64,000 nucleotides of DNA from an uncultured Pseudomonadota bacterium. GTDB lineage: Bacteria; Desulfobacterota; Binatia; Binatales; Binataceae. A program made the position numbers and the translations under genes. The stretch lies in contig CAVWXK010000001.1 in NCBI GenBank assembly GCA_963759165.1, forward strand, positions 3,203,725-3,267,724. The letters run 5' to 3'. The notes beneath the pieces were generated by a model that was not told the origin of the DNA, ran no database searches, and worked only from the letters and a program-made list of their open reading frames with translations. Position 1 is the first letter of the stretch. Each line of letters opens with the position of its first letter. Shown here piece by piece: positions 10,246 through 19,858 of this stretch.

Positions 10246-10264
10246 ATTGAAACTTGTTCTCAAT
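10246..10264. promoter_or_regulatory. Fur-box-like operator upstream of bfd-bfr operon
   Basis: 19-bp imperfect palindrome ATTGAAACTTGTTCTCAAT (ATTGA-N9-TCAAT) 17 bp upstream of the bfd ATG, overlapping the predicted -10. Confidence 0.7.
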
Positions 10265-10290
10265 ATCGTTTAATGACGGGGCATTGTCAA
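10262..10290 (-). promoter_or_regulatory. Sigma70-type promoter of bfd operon
   Basis: Minus strand TTGACA (10290-10285), 17 bp, GATATT (10267-10262). Confidence 0.55.
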
Positions 10291-10555
10291 TGGTCTTGCG
10301 GTGGTTTTGAAAGCCTTCTTATTGGGGATTGCAATCCAATGAATTCGATGTGATTGGGCGATGGGGAGAGCGTTTATTGCTAAAACGTTGTTTGCTTGGC
10401 GCGAGATACTTTATGTTTTCCGACACCGCCTATTGCTTCGACCGCCCTACAATCCACGTCCTTCCACCGCTATACTTGGGCGGAATTTCCTGGACCGCAG
10501 CAAACCAGGGAGAGCTTTGCGTCAACCCGGTGCCTTCGCGCACGTTGGTGGAATG

Positions 10556-10591
10556 AGATTCTTCGCTCCGGTGGCCTACGCTCAGAATGAC
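10556..10591 (-). repeat. REP-like element, family A (GTCATTCTGAGCG...GCGAAGAATC)
   Basis: Reverse complement GTCATTCTGAGCGTAGGCCACCGGAGCGAAGAATCT; 3 mismatches to the copy at 39373-39407. Confidence 0.75.
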
Positions 10592-10622
10592 AACAAAAAC
10601 AGGCCTCAAAGCAGGGACTGAT

Positions 10623-12239
10623 TTGCCCGGAGAACCTATCGCTGCCGCCACTGATGCCGCCGTCGAGACGGCCGCCGTCGCGAGGCCGTCGCGGCACGCC
10701 GCGAGCATGGCCAATGTGGTCGCGGCCGGAATCCTGCTCAGCCGAATCTCGGGCCTGATTCGCGAGAGTATCTTCGCGCATTTCTTCGGCAACTCGGACG
10801 CCGCCGACGCCTTCAAGGCCGCCTTCCGAATCCCCAACATCCTGCAGAACCTCTTCGGCGAGGGCGTGCTTTCCGCCTCGTTCATCCCGGTCTACGCCAA
10901 GACACTCGCCGGGGGCGACGAGGAAACCGCGAATCGGCTGGCGTGGGCGGTGGCGACGATTCTGAGCCTGTGCGTATCGATCCTGGTGCTGCTCGGCGTG
11001 ATCGCCACGCCGTATCTTATCGACGCGATCGCGCCGGGATTTCACGGCGGCAAGCGCGAACTCACGATCACGCTGGTGCGCATCCTCTTTCCCGGCAGCG
11101 GATTGCTGGTGATGTCGGCATGGTGCCTCGGCGTGCTCAACAGCCATCATCGGTTCTTCGCCTCGTACACCGCGCCGGTGGCGTGGAATGCCGCGATAAT
11201 CGCGGTGATGGTCGTCTACGGCGGCCATCGCGGGCAGGAGCGGCTGGCGACAATCGTGGCGTGGGGCGCGGTGCTCGGAGCGGGATTGCAGATCGCCGTC
11301 CAGTTGCCTCAGACCCTGGCACTGGTTGGCGGTTTCGGGCTCGCGATCGAACGCACGCGAAGCGCGCTCAGGGCGGTCTTCAACAATTTCCTTCCGGTGG
11401 TGACCGGACGCGGCGTGGTTCAGGTCAGCGGGTACGTCGATAATCTGCTGGCAAGTCTGCTGCCGACCGGCGCGGTCGCGGCGCTGAATTACGCGCAGAT
11501 TCTTTACATGCTGCCGGTGAGCCTGTTCGGGATGGCGGTGGCGGCGGCCGAGTTGCCCGGGATGGCGCGCGCGACCGGCGCCACCAGCGAGGTCGCAGCC
11601 CTGCTGCGCATCCGGCTCAACGCGGGATTGCGGCAGATCGCTTTTCTGGTAATCCCGTCGGCGGCGGCGTTTCTGTTTCTCGGCGACGTGGTCGCGGGGG
11701 GCCTCTTTCAATCCGGCAATTTCAGCCATCGCGACGCCATCTACGTATGGGCGATACTGGCGGGCTCGGCGGTCGGCTTGCTGGCGGCAACGATGGGGCG
11801 GCTTTACTCGTCGGCGTTTTACGCGCTGTGGGATACGCGCACGCCGCTTCGATTCGCCGTTATTCGCGTGATGCTTACCATCGCGCTCGGCTACTTCTGC
11901 GCGATCCCGCTGCCGCCCATGATCGGAATCGCGCCGCGATGGGGTGTGGCCGGACTGACCGCGTCGGCGGGAATCGCGGGATGGATCGAGTTCGCGATGC
12001 TGCGCGCGAGCCTCAACCGGCGCATCGGAGCGACCGGACTCGATCGGCCGTTCGTGCTGCGACTGTGGGGAACAGCGATCGCGGCGGCGGCGGCTGGCTA
12101 TGCGGTGAAGTTTTATCTGGGTGGCGTCGGGCCGCGATTATTGGCGCTCGCGGTGATTCCGGTTTACGGCGCGATTTATTTCGGACTCGCCTACTGGATG
12201 GGATTGCCGGAGTCTCCCGATTCACCGGGCGGTTTGTGA
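10623..12239 (+). CDS. murJ: Lipid II flippase MurJ
   Basis: LLSRISGLIRE, ADAFKAAFRIPNILQNLFGEG, many TMs. Start uncertain (TTG 10623 or ATG 10707; ATG 10587 lies inside a REP). Confidence 0.92.
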   Translation: MPGEPIAAATDAAVETAAVARPSRHAASMANVVAAGILLSRISGLIRESIFAHFFGNSDAADAFKAAFRIPNILQNLFGEGVLSASFIPVYAKTLAGGDEETANRLAWAVATILSLCVSILVLLGVIATPYLIDAIAPGFHGGKRELTITLVRILFPGSGLLVMSAWCLGVLNSHHRFFASYTAPVAWNAAIIAVMVVYGGHRGQERLATIVAWGAVLGAGLQIAVQLPQTLALVGGFGLAIERTRSALRAVFNNFLPVVTGRGVVQVSGYVDNLLASLLPTGAVAALNYAQILYMLPVSLFGMAVAAAELPGMARATGATSEVAALLRIRLNAGLRQIAFLVIPSAAAFLFLGDVVAGGLFQSGNFSHRDAIYVWAILAGSAVGLLAATMGRLYSSAFYALWDTRTPLRFAVIRVMLTIALGYFCAIPLPPMIGIAPRWGVAGLTASAGIAGWIEFAMLRASLNRRIGATGLDRPFVLRLWGTAIAAAAAGYAVKFYLGGVGPRLLALAVIPVYGAIYFGLAYWMGLPESPDSPGGL

Positions 12240-12259
12240 AAATGAAAGGATCGGACCGA

Positions 12260-12298
12260 CCCTCACCCTAACCTCTCTACCTGGTCGGGGAGAGGGGA
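12260..12298 (+). repeat. REP-like element, family B (CCCTCACCC...CTCTCCC...GGGAGAGGG)
   Basis: CCCTCACCCTAACCTCTC...GGGGAGAGGGGA between convergent murJ and hldE. Confidence 0.65.
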
Positions 12299-12334
12299 AA
12301 TTCGAAGGCCGGTAGGAAGTTCGGCAACCGGCGC

Positions 12335-13879
12335 TTACGATTTTCCGCTGTTTGAGGTTGCGGCGCGCAGGCGGTCGATTGTGCGGGTGGTGCCGTGGCC
12401 TTCGAGGATCGGCGCCAGCACCACGCGGCCGCCGTGGCCCTCGACGAAGGCGGCGCCGTCGATCCGCTTGCCGCGCCAATCGTCGCCCTTGACCAGAACG
12501 TCGGGGCGCACCCGACGGATGATTTGCTCGGCGCGTTCCTCGTCAAAGATCACGACGTAACCCACGTCTTCGAGCGCGGCCAGAATCCGGGCGCGGTCGG
12601 CGGCGGGATAAATCGGCCGGCCTTCGCCCTTGATCGCGCGGACGCTGCGATCGCTGTTGAGGCCGACGACGAGAATATCGCCCTGCCCGCGCGAGAAGCC
12701 GAGGCTGTGGATGTGGCCGGCATGGAGCAGGTCGAAGCATCCGTTGGTGAAAACGATCTTGTGGCTGGCGCGGCGATGGTGCTCGAGCGCCGCCTGCAGC
12801 TCTTCCACCGACAGGATCTTGCGCTGGGCGCGTTCGGGCTTCTGCTCCAGGGCACGGGCCAGATCCTCGCGCGAGATAACTTCGGTGCCGTGCTTGCCGA
12901 CCTCCAGGCCGGCGGCGAAATTGGCGAGCGTCGCGGCCGAGGCGAAGCCGAGGCCGGCGATCCGGAACAGGCCGAACACCGCCAGTACCACGTCGCCGGC
13001 GCCGGTTACGTCGTAAACCTCGCGCGGGCTGGTCGAAATGTAGGTGTCGGCGCCGCCGCGCTCGGCCAGATACATCCCGTCACGGTCGAGCGTGATCAGA
13101 CAGGCGTCGAGCCGGAGCTTTCGCACCATCGTCTCGGCCGCCTCGCGCCATGCGTCGCGATCGACGAGATGGAGCCCGGTCGCCACTTCGGTCTCGTAGC
13201 GGTTGGGGGTTAGCGCCGTCGCGCCGCGATAGATCGAGAAATCCTCGGTCAAACGGGGATCGACGATCACCGGAATCTTGCGCCGGCTCGCGCCCTCGAT
13301 AATCGCGGTCACGATCGCGGGCGTCAACAGCCCCTTGTTGATGTCCGAGATCAGCACGCCGTCGACGCGCTTCAGCTCCTGCTTGAGATGTTCCTTGAGC
13401 TCGCGTTCGATCGCCGGCGAGAGCGGGCTCGAATCCTCGTCGTCCACGCGCAGCAACTGCTGGGTGCCGCGATGGGCGGACTGGACCGAGCCGAGCATCC
13501 GCTCCTTGACGATCGTGGGGCGGTCGGGGTCGGTCACGATCGCGCGGGTGTCGACGCCGAGATCGCCGAGAATTTCGACCAGCATCCGGCCGTTGCGATC
13601 GTCGCCGATCACGCTGAGCGCGCTGACTTCGGCGCCGAGCGCGCGCAGATTGGCCATCACGAATCCGGCGTTGCCGGGCTTCTCCTCGCGCCGATTGACC
13701 TTGAGGATCGGGATCGGAGCCTCGGGCGAGATGCGCGAGACGTCGCCCCAGAGATAGCGGTCGAGAATGATTTCGCCAGCGACCAGCACGCGCAGCGGCT
13801 TCAGCGCCGGCAGCTCGACCTTGGCCGGCATCGCCTTCGAAGCCCGCGCCGGCGCCCGTTTTGTTCCGCCTTTAGCCAT
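12335..13879 (-). CDS. hldE: Bifunctional heptose-7-phosphate kinase / heptose-1-phosphate adenylyltransferase
   Basis: RISPEAPIP, DVTGAGDVV (PfkB), FTNGCFDLLHAGH, GLNSDRSV, VLVKGDD. Confidence 0.93.
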   Translation of the reverse strand: MAKGGTKRAPARASKAMPAKVELPALKPLRVLVAGEIILDRYLWGDVSRISPEAPIPILKVNRREEKPGNAGFVMANLRALGAEVSALSVIGDDRNGRMLVEILGDLGVDTRAIVTDPDRPTIVKERMLGSVQSAHRGTQQLLRVDDEDSSPLSPAIERELKEHLKQELKRVDGVLISDINKGLLTPAIVTAIIEGASRRKIPVIVDPRLTEDFSIYRGATALTPNRYETEVATGLHLVDRDAWREAAETMVRKLRLDACLITLDRDGMYLAERGGADTYISTSPREVYDVTGAGDVVLAVFGLFRIAGLGFASAATLANFAAGLEVGKHGTEVISREDLARALEQKPERAQRKILSVEELQAALEHHRRASHKIVFTNGCFDLLHAGHIHSLGFSRGQGDILVVGLNSDRSVRAIKGEGRPIYPAADRARILAALEDVGYVVIFDEERAEQIIRRVRPDVLVKGDDWRGKRIDGAAFVEGHGGRVVLAPILEGHGTTRTIDRLRAATSNSGKS

Positions 13880-14084
13880 CAGTCGCGCCTGTCGTCATCG
13901 AGTCACAAAGCCTTTCACAGTTCGGCATCGTGCCTGATGATACACAGAGCGGCGCGGCGGCGGCAAAGCCGAAAGAGGAGCCCGGCATCGCGGGATGGAC
14001 AGCCAACGCCGGGCGCTTCTATAGTGACGCCTTGGTCAGGCCTTCGCGCGACGGAGGCATCACAATGGGAGTCGGACAATCAAG

Positions 14085-15516
14085 ATGGCACTCAGAACAG
14101 TCGAACAGTACAAGAATTCGTTGCGTGACGGCCGTGCGGTTTATTTTCGCGGCGAGAAAGTGCCCGACGTAAACGCCCATCCGGTGATCGGGCTTGCCAT
14201 CGAGCACGCCAGTATCGACTACCGGATGGCGGAGGAGCCGCGCTTTCGCGACCTCGCGGTGGTGCGCGAAGGAAGCGACGAATACAGCCGCTACTACCAT
14301 CTGCCGCAAACCGGCGCCGACCTGCTCAAGCGCAGCGAGCTGATCGCCGCCTCGACCCGCGAGGCGGCGACTCTGGTGATCCTGATCAAGGAGATCGGCA
14401 CCGACGCGCTGCTCGCCCTGCGCGTGGTGGGCGGCGAGATGGCGGCCAAGGGCAAGCTCGAGTACCCTGGAAAGGATTCAGAAATATCATCGCTACTGCC
14501 GCGACAACGATCTGGCGATGGCGGTGGCGCAGACCGACGTCAAGGGCGACCGTTCGCTCGGTCCCTCCGCGCAGGAGCATCCGGACTACTACGTGCGGAT
14601 CGTCGAGGAGCGCAAGGACGGGATCGTCGTTCGCGGCGCCAAGATCCACACTTCGGTCTCAACCAACAGCAATGAAATCGTAGTGCTGCCGACCCGCGCG
14701 ATGAAGGCCGAGGACAAGGCTTACGCGGTCGCCTTCGCGGTTCCTGCCAATGCGCCCGGGCTTAAGATGATCTCGGCCTCGCACGGCAGCGCGAAGAAAG
14801 ATCCGTTCGAGCATCCGATCAGCGCGCGCCACAAGATGATGGAGACGCTGACCGTGTTCGACGACGTGTTCGTGCCCAGGGAGCGAATCTTCCTGCAGGG
14901 CGAGGTCGAGTTCGCGGGTTTGATGGCGCTGACGTTCGTGCGCTTCCATCGCTTCACGGCGGTATCGTACAAACTGCCGTTGATGGAGGCGCTGGCGGGC
15001 GCCGGCTACGCGGTAGCCGAAGCCAACGGCATCCTTGCCGCCAGCCACGTTCGCGACAAACTTACCCAGCTCGCGGTTTATCACACGATGGTGCGCGGAC
15101 TGATCGAACGCGCCGCCGAAACCTGCACCTACGAGCACGGCGTCGCGGTACCTAATACGCTGCTGACCAACGTCGCCAAGTATCATTTCGCGCATAACTA
15201 CCATCAGGCGGTGCAGATCGTGCAGGACCTGACCGGCGCGCTGCTGGTGACGGCTCCCGCCGCCGAGGATCTGACCAGCGAGGCAACCCGCGAGTACGTT
15301 CTGAAGTACCTCGGCGGACGCAAAGGCTACGACGCCGAGCGGCGCCTGCGCCTGATCAATATGATCGCGGATCTCACCGCCTCGGATTACGGCGCCTACC
15401 AGGAAGTGTTGGCGGTGCACGCCGAGGGCGGCTTCGAGGCGGAGAAGCTGCAGGCGTATCGCGAATATGATTTCAAGAGCGTCGCGGCGTACGCGCGCTC
15501 GCTGGCGGGAATCTAG
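14085..15516 (+). CDS. 4-hydroxyphenylacetate 3-hydroxylase (HpaB)/AbfD family protein, one frameshift in this assembly
   Basis: N-part 14085.. (YKNSLRDGRAVYFRGEKV) and C-part (AQTDVKGDRS, RGAKIH) join by removing one C from CCC at 14465-14467 (EY|LERIQKYHRYCRDNDLAM). AbfD Fe-S Cys ligands not seen. Confidence 0.8.
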
Positions 15517-15575
15517 ATTTCGCCTGTCCGTTCCGAAGCGGGCCTTGCCGTTACGCAAGGCCCGCCTTCATTCTG

Positions 15576-15619
15576 TCCCCTCGCCCGCGCCTTCGCGGGG
15601 GGGAGGGTCGGGGTGGGGG
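15576..15619 (-). repeat. REP-like element, family B
   Basis: TCCCCTCGCCCGCG...CGCGGGGGGGAGGGTCGGGGTGGGGG, reverse-oriented copy between convergent genes. Confidence 0.65.
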
Positions 15620-15673
15620 CGCCGAAAACCTCTGCGCGCCAGCGATTTCCCGCACCTCGCTGAAAATTCCGCA

Positions 15674-15970
15674 TTAATGGCGGTCGCGGTCATGATGCGC
15701 GTACTTTTCGTGCTCTTCCCTGGTCTCGTGCGCAACCCATTCCGGATGATGTTCGTGCGTCCAGTCATGACGGTTGCTCACCCACCAGTCGCGGTTGTGC
15801 CACACGTTGTATTCATCGTAGTCGCCATACACGTAATTGTGGGTGTATCCGTAACCGTATGGCTGGTAGGGTCTCGAATAAAAGCAGGCCGAGAACGTGA
15901 GCATCGCGGCCAACAGCAGTAACGTTTTTAGACTTGTCGAGATTGCGCGTTTCATTTGCGTGTGCCTCAT
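15674..15970 (-). CDS. Small His/Trp/Tyr-rich putative lipoprotein
   Basis: Signal with lipobox-like FSAC, then PYGYGY...WHNRDWWVSNRHDWTHEHHPEW. Confidence 0.7.
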   Translation of the reverse strand: MRHTQMKRAISTSLKTLLLLAAMLTFSACFYSRPYQPYGYGYTHNYVYGDYDEYNVWHNRDWWVSNRHDWTHEHHPEWVAHETREEHEKYAHHDRDRH

Positions 15971-16113
15971 TAAGACGGCTACGCATCAAGTGTGCCAGTC
16001 AAAAATGCGCGATATCTCTTACAAGCATCGGCGACCGGGTCGGCCAGCGATAGTCGCAACTCGGAAATCGATGCTGCAAAAGCTACAGGCCGGATAGCGA
16101 ATAAGGCTTCGTG

Positions 16114-16518
16114 CTACTTCTGCGCGCGGAGCTCGACGGTATTGCCGTCGGGATCGAGCACCCAGAGCTGGCGCCCCGCCATCGTGGACGGCGCTTCGAT
16201 GAACTCGATTCCCATTTCCTTGAGCGCGGCCTTGGCGCCGTCGTAATCCTCGACCTCGATCGCGATATGGGGACCGAGCGGATTGATTCCGCTGGGTGAA
16301 TTTTCGGCCCAGTGGCCGAGAAATTTGGTCGCCTCGCCAGGCTTCGGAGTCGAAATGAGATGGACCTGGTTGTCGCCGACTTCGTACCACGCGCCGCCGA
16401 AAGGAAAGTTGGGGCGATGGAGCGGCTTGAAGCCAAGCGTTTTCTCGTAGAAGTTCTTCGCCCGCTCAACGTCGCTTATCCTGATAGCCGCGTGGCTGAA
16501 GGCTCGTGGCTTGATCAT
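16114..16518 (-). CDS. VOC/glyoxalase family protein
   Basis: HAAIRISDVERAKNFY, HIAIEV, DPDGNTVEL. Confidence 0.9.
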   Translation of the reverse strand: MIKPRAFSHAAIRISDVERAKNFYEKTLGFKPLHRPNFPFGGAWYEVGDNQVHLISTPKPGEATKFLGHWAENSPSGINPLGPHIAIEVEDYDGAKAALKEMGIEFIEAPSTMAGRQLWVLDPDGNTVELRAQK

Positions 16519-16552
16519 CGCGAATCTCCCTCGCGCACAGACTCTTTATGAC

Positions 16553-17371
16553 TCAATGGACTTCGCCGCCGCCGGCGACGTTGAGCGCGACGCCGGTTAC
16601 GTTATCGGCCCGACACAGATAGACGACCGCCTCGCCGATATCCTCGGGGGTCTGCTCGCGGCGCAGATAGGTGCGGCTCGCGACGAAGCGTTGGAGCGGA
16701 TCGGCGTTTTGGTCGCCGCCAAAAGCGCGGCCGATCGCCTTGTTGAGAACGTCGGTCCACATCGCGGTGCGCAGATAGCCGGGGCATATCGCGTTGACCC
16801 GAATGTTGGCCGGACCGCACTCCTCGGCCAACGCCTGGGTGAACGCGATTACGGCGAACTTGCTGGCGCAATAGGCGGCCAGGCCCGCGTGGCCGGTCTT
16901 GCCGGCTACCGAGGCGATATTGACGATCGCGCCTTCGCTGTTGCGCCGGATGTGCGGGAGGCAGGCCTTGGCGCACAGGAACGGCCCCTTGGCATTGACC
17001 GCCATCACCTTGTCCCAGGTCTGCTCGGTGGTCTTCTCGACGGTGCCGACGGCGACGATCCCGGCGTTGTTGCAGAGGATATCGATACCGCCGAGTTGCG
17101 CGGCGGCTTCCTCGGCCATCCGCTGGCAATCGGCCCATCGGCTGACGTTGGCCAGAATCGCGCAGGCCTTGACGCCCGAGGCTTTGGTTTCATCCAGGGT
17201 GCGCAACAAATCGGAATGAGCGGCCAGATTGTAGGTCACTGCGGCATCGGCGGGATTGCCGAGATCGACCAGCGCCAGATTGGCGCCCGCCGCCGCGAGC
17301 TTGAGCGCGATCCCGCGGCCGATTCCGCGGGCGGCGCCGGTTACGATCGCGTTCTTGCCCTTTAGTTCCAT
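16553..17371 (-). CDS. SDR family oxidoreductase
   Basis: TGAARGIG, NNAG, YCASK, RVNAICPG. Confidence 0.92.
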   Translation of the reverse strand: MELKGKNAIVTGAARGIGRGIALKLAAAGANLALVDLGNPADAAVTYNLAAHSDLLRTLDETKASGVKACAILANVSRWADCQRMAEEAAAQLGGIDILCNNAGIVAVGTVEKTTEQTWDKVMAVNAKGPFLCAKACLPHIRRNSEGAIVNIASVAGKTGHAGLAAYCASKFAVIAFTQALAEECGPANIRVNAICPGYLRTAMWTDVLNKAIGRAFGGDQNADPLQRFVASRTYLRREQTPEDIGEAVVYLCRADNVTGVALNVAGGGEVH

Positions 17372-17410
17372 TCTGGTGCCCCTTCCTCAGGCGTTGCAGG
17401 TGAACGCGTC

Positions 17411-18580
17411 CTAATCGAAGGCGGCCTCGCCGGTGATATCGCGACCCAGGATCAGCGTGTGGACATCGAAGGTGCCTTCGTAAGTGTTGACGGTTTCGAG
17501 GTTGAGCATGTGGCGGATAATCGGGTACTCGTTGACGATTCCGTTGGCGCCCAGGATATCGCGCGCGACGCGGGCGATCTTCAGCGCCTCGTTGACGTTG
17601 TTGCGCTTGGCGAAGGAGACGTGCTCGGGACGGAGCTGGCCCGAGTCCTTTAGCTGCGCCAGCCGCAGGCAGACCATCTGCGCCTTGGTGATCTCGGTGA
17701 GCATCCCCACCAGCTTATTCTGGACCAGTTGATAGCCGGCCAGCGGACGCGAGAACTGTTTGCGCGATTTGGCATAGTCGAGCGCGCACTGGTAGCAGGT
17801 TCGCGCCGCGCCGATCGCGCCCCAGGCGATTCCGTAGCGGGCCTGGGTGAGGCACGCCAGCGGCGCCTTGAGCCCGCGCGCCTCGGGCAGGCGGTCGGCA
17901 TCGTCCAGTCTCACGTCCTCGAACACCAGCTCCGACGTGACCGATGCGCGCATCGAGAATTTGCCGTGGATATCGCTGGTGCTGAAACCCTGCTTGCCCT
18001 TGTCGACGAGGAAGCCGGTGAAGCCTTCGTCGATTTTCGCCCATACGATAGCGACGTTGGCGATCGAGCCGTTGGTGATCCATCGCTTGGTGCCATTGAG
18101 CACCCATCCGCGCCCGTCGCGTTTGGCACGGGTTTCCATCCCGCCCGGATCGGAGCCATGATCGGGCTCAGTAAGACCGAAGCATCCGATTAATTTTCCG
18201 CGGGCCATATCGGGCAAGTAGCGCTGCTTCTGTTGCTCTGAGCCGAAGGCATAAATCGCGTACATGGATAAAGAACTCTGTACCGAGGCAAAGGAGCGCA
18301 GGCCGGAGTCACCCGCCTCGAGTTCCTGCATAATCAAACCGTAAGCGACATTGTTCATCCCGGCGCATCCATAGCCCTTGAGATTGGCGCCGAAGAATCC
18401 CAGCTCGGCCATCTGCGGCACCAGTTCCGTCGGGAAGGTCGCATTGGCGAAGTGGCGCTCGACGGTGGGAAGAATCTCACGTTCGACGAAACGCTTGACC
18501 GTCTGTCGCGTCATTTTGTCTTCTGGTGAGAGATATTCGTCGAGGTTGAAGTAATCGAGATCCTTGAGCAAGTCGGCCAT
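17411..18580 (-). CDS. Acyl-CoA dehydrogenase (glutaryl-CoA dehydrogenase-like)
   Basis: DSGLRSFASVQSSL, CFGLTEPDHGSDP, TYEGTFDVH. Confidence 0.9.
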   Translation of the reverse strand: MADLLKDLDYFNLDEYLSPEDKMTRQTVKRFVEREILPTVERHFANATFPTELVPQMAELGFFGANLKGYGCAGMNNVAYGLIMQELEAGDSGLRSFASVQSSLSMYAIYAFGSEQQKQRYLPDMARGKLIGCFGLTEPDHGSDPGGMETRAKRDGRGWVLNGTKRWITNGSIANVAIVWAKIDEGFTGFLVDKGKQGFSTSDIHGKFSMRASVTSELVFEDVRLDDADRLPEARGLKAPLACLTQARYGIAWGAIGAARTCYQCALDYAKSRKQFSRPLAGYQLVQNKLVGMLTEITKAQMVCLRLAQLKDSGQLRPEHVSFAKRNNVNEALKIARVARDILGANGIVNEYPIIRHMLNLETVNTYEGTFDVHTLILGRDITGEAAFD

Positions 18581-18807
18581 CGTGTCGCTCCTTTGGATTT
18601 AAATCCGGCGATTATAACAAAAGGTTGTTTTCGGTTTATTCCGGGAGATTCCCTACTTCAGGCCATCAGGTTCCGGGTTTCAGCTATGACTTCAAAAGCC
18701 CAAGGCGCGCAAGTTACGGTGGAAAAAGATTGGCGCAAAGTTAGGTACGCTACTTCTTGCGCCGGTAAAATTCATCAGATACGCTTATGTGAGAGAAGGT
18801 TTTAAGT

Positions 18808-19782
18808 ATGCACATCGAAACATTGAAAGTTTTCTGCGACATTATCGAAAGCGGCAGTTTTTCTTATGCCGCGTCACAAAACTTCGTCACCCAGTCGGCG
18901 GTTAGTCAACAGGTTCGCAGCCTCGAAGACAAGTACGATTGTCGTCTGATAGAACGTGGACGCGCCGGTGTCAAACCTACCGCGGCGGGGCAAATCGTGT
19001 ACACCGCGGGCAAGGAGATCGTGCGCCGCTTCCTGGAATTCGAGAACCGCCTGCGCGAGATCGGCTCGGTGGTGGCGGGCTCGATCCGCGTGGGAACGGT
19101 GTACAGCGTCGGATTGCACGAATTGCCGCGCTACCTGACGGAGTTTCTGCGCCATTATCCGGCGGTCAATGTTCACCTCGAATATTTGCGCTCCAACAAG
19201 ATTTACGAGGATCTGATCGAGGGCAAGATCGATCTGGGGGTGGTGGCTTATCCCGCCAAACGCAGCCAAATCATGACGATTCCATTTCGTCACGATGAAC
19301 TGGTGCTGATAGTACCGCCCGAGAATCCCTTGGCCAAGAACAGCAAGGTAAGCTTCCATCAGCTCGACGGTCAGAAGTTCGTCGGCTATGAACGCGACAT
19401 GCAGACCCGAAAGGCCACCGACCGCATCCTGCGCGGTCACAGCGTCAAGGTGCAGTATGCGCTGGAGTTCGACAATATCGAGACCATCAAGCGGGCGGTC
19501 GAAATCGGCCTCGGCGTGGCAATCGTTCCGCAGTTGACGGTGGAGCACGAGGTCGAGCGGGGCTCGCTCAAAGTGTTGGAATTTGAAGAGGGCAGCTTCA
19601 TCCGGCCGGTCGCGATCATTCATAAGCGCGGGCGGGAACTTTCGCCGGCGGTACGCAAGTTCATCGAGGTACTGACCAGCAGCCATATGCTGCCCCCACC
19701 CTCCGCGGGCCGGGAGAAGGGCGCGCGCGGCAAAGCCGCAGCCCGTACGGAGCGAATCGAAGAGGCGGAGAAATCCGCCTGA
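18808..19782 (+). CDS. LysR family transcriptional regulator
   Basis: SFSYAASQNFVTQSAVSQQVRSLE HTH; divergent from the acyl-CoA dehydrogenase operon. Confidence 0.92.
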   Translation: MHIETLKVFCDIIESGSFSYAASQNFVTQSAVSQQVRSLEDKYDCRLIERGRAGVKPTAAGQIVYTAGKEIVRRFLEFENRLREIGSVVAGSIRVGTVYSVGLHELPRYLTEFLRHYPAVNVHLEYLRSNKIYEDLIEGKIDLGVVAYPAKRSQIMTIPFRHDELVLIVPPENPLAKNSKVSFHQLDGQKFVGYERDMQTRKATDRILRGHSVKVQYALEFDNIETIKRAVEIGLGVAIVPQLTVEHEVERGSLKVLEFEEGSFIRPVAIIHKRGRELSPAVRKFIEVLTSSHMLPPPSAGREKGARGKAAARTERIEEAEKSA

Positions 19783-19813
19783 GCGCCCGCCTGCAATAAA
19801 TTAGTGGCAATCT

Positions 19814-19858
19814 TGAAGTTCGGCAATCGTCGCGCCTGGCGACGATTGCCGAACTTCA
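19814..19858. terminator. Perfect 20-bp stem hairpin between convergent lysR and rapZ
   Basis: TGAAGTTCGGCAATCGTCGC-GCCTG-GCGACGATTGCCGAACTTCA; overlaps the rapZ stop. Confidence 0.65.

Noticed and set aside
14461-14470. Possible programmed frameshift in the HpaB-like gene (likewise in pyrG and kdsA)
   Set aside because: A single extra base (in a CCC run here), no slippery heptamer or stimulatory structure seen, and the contig has many similar indels.
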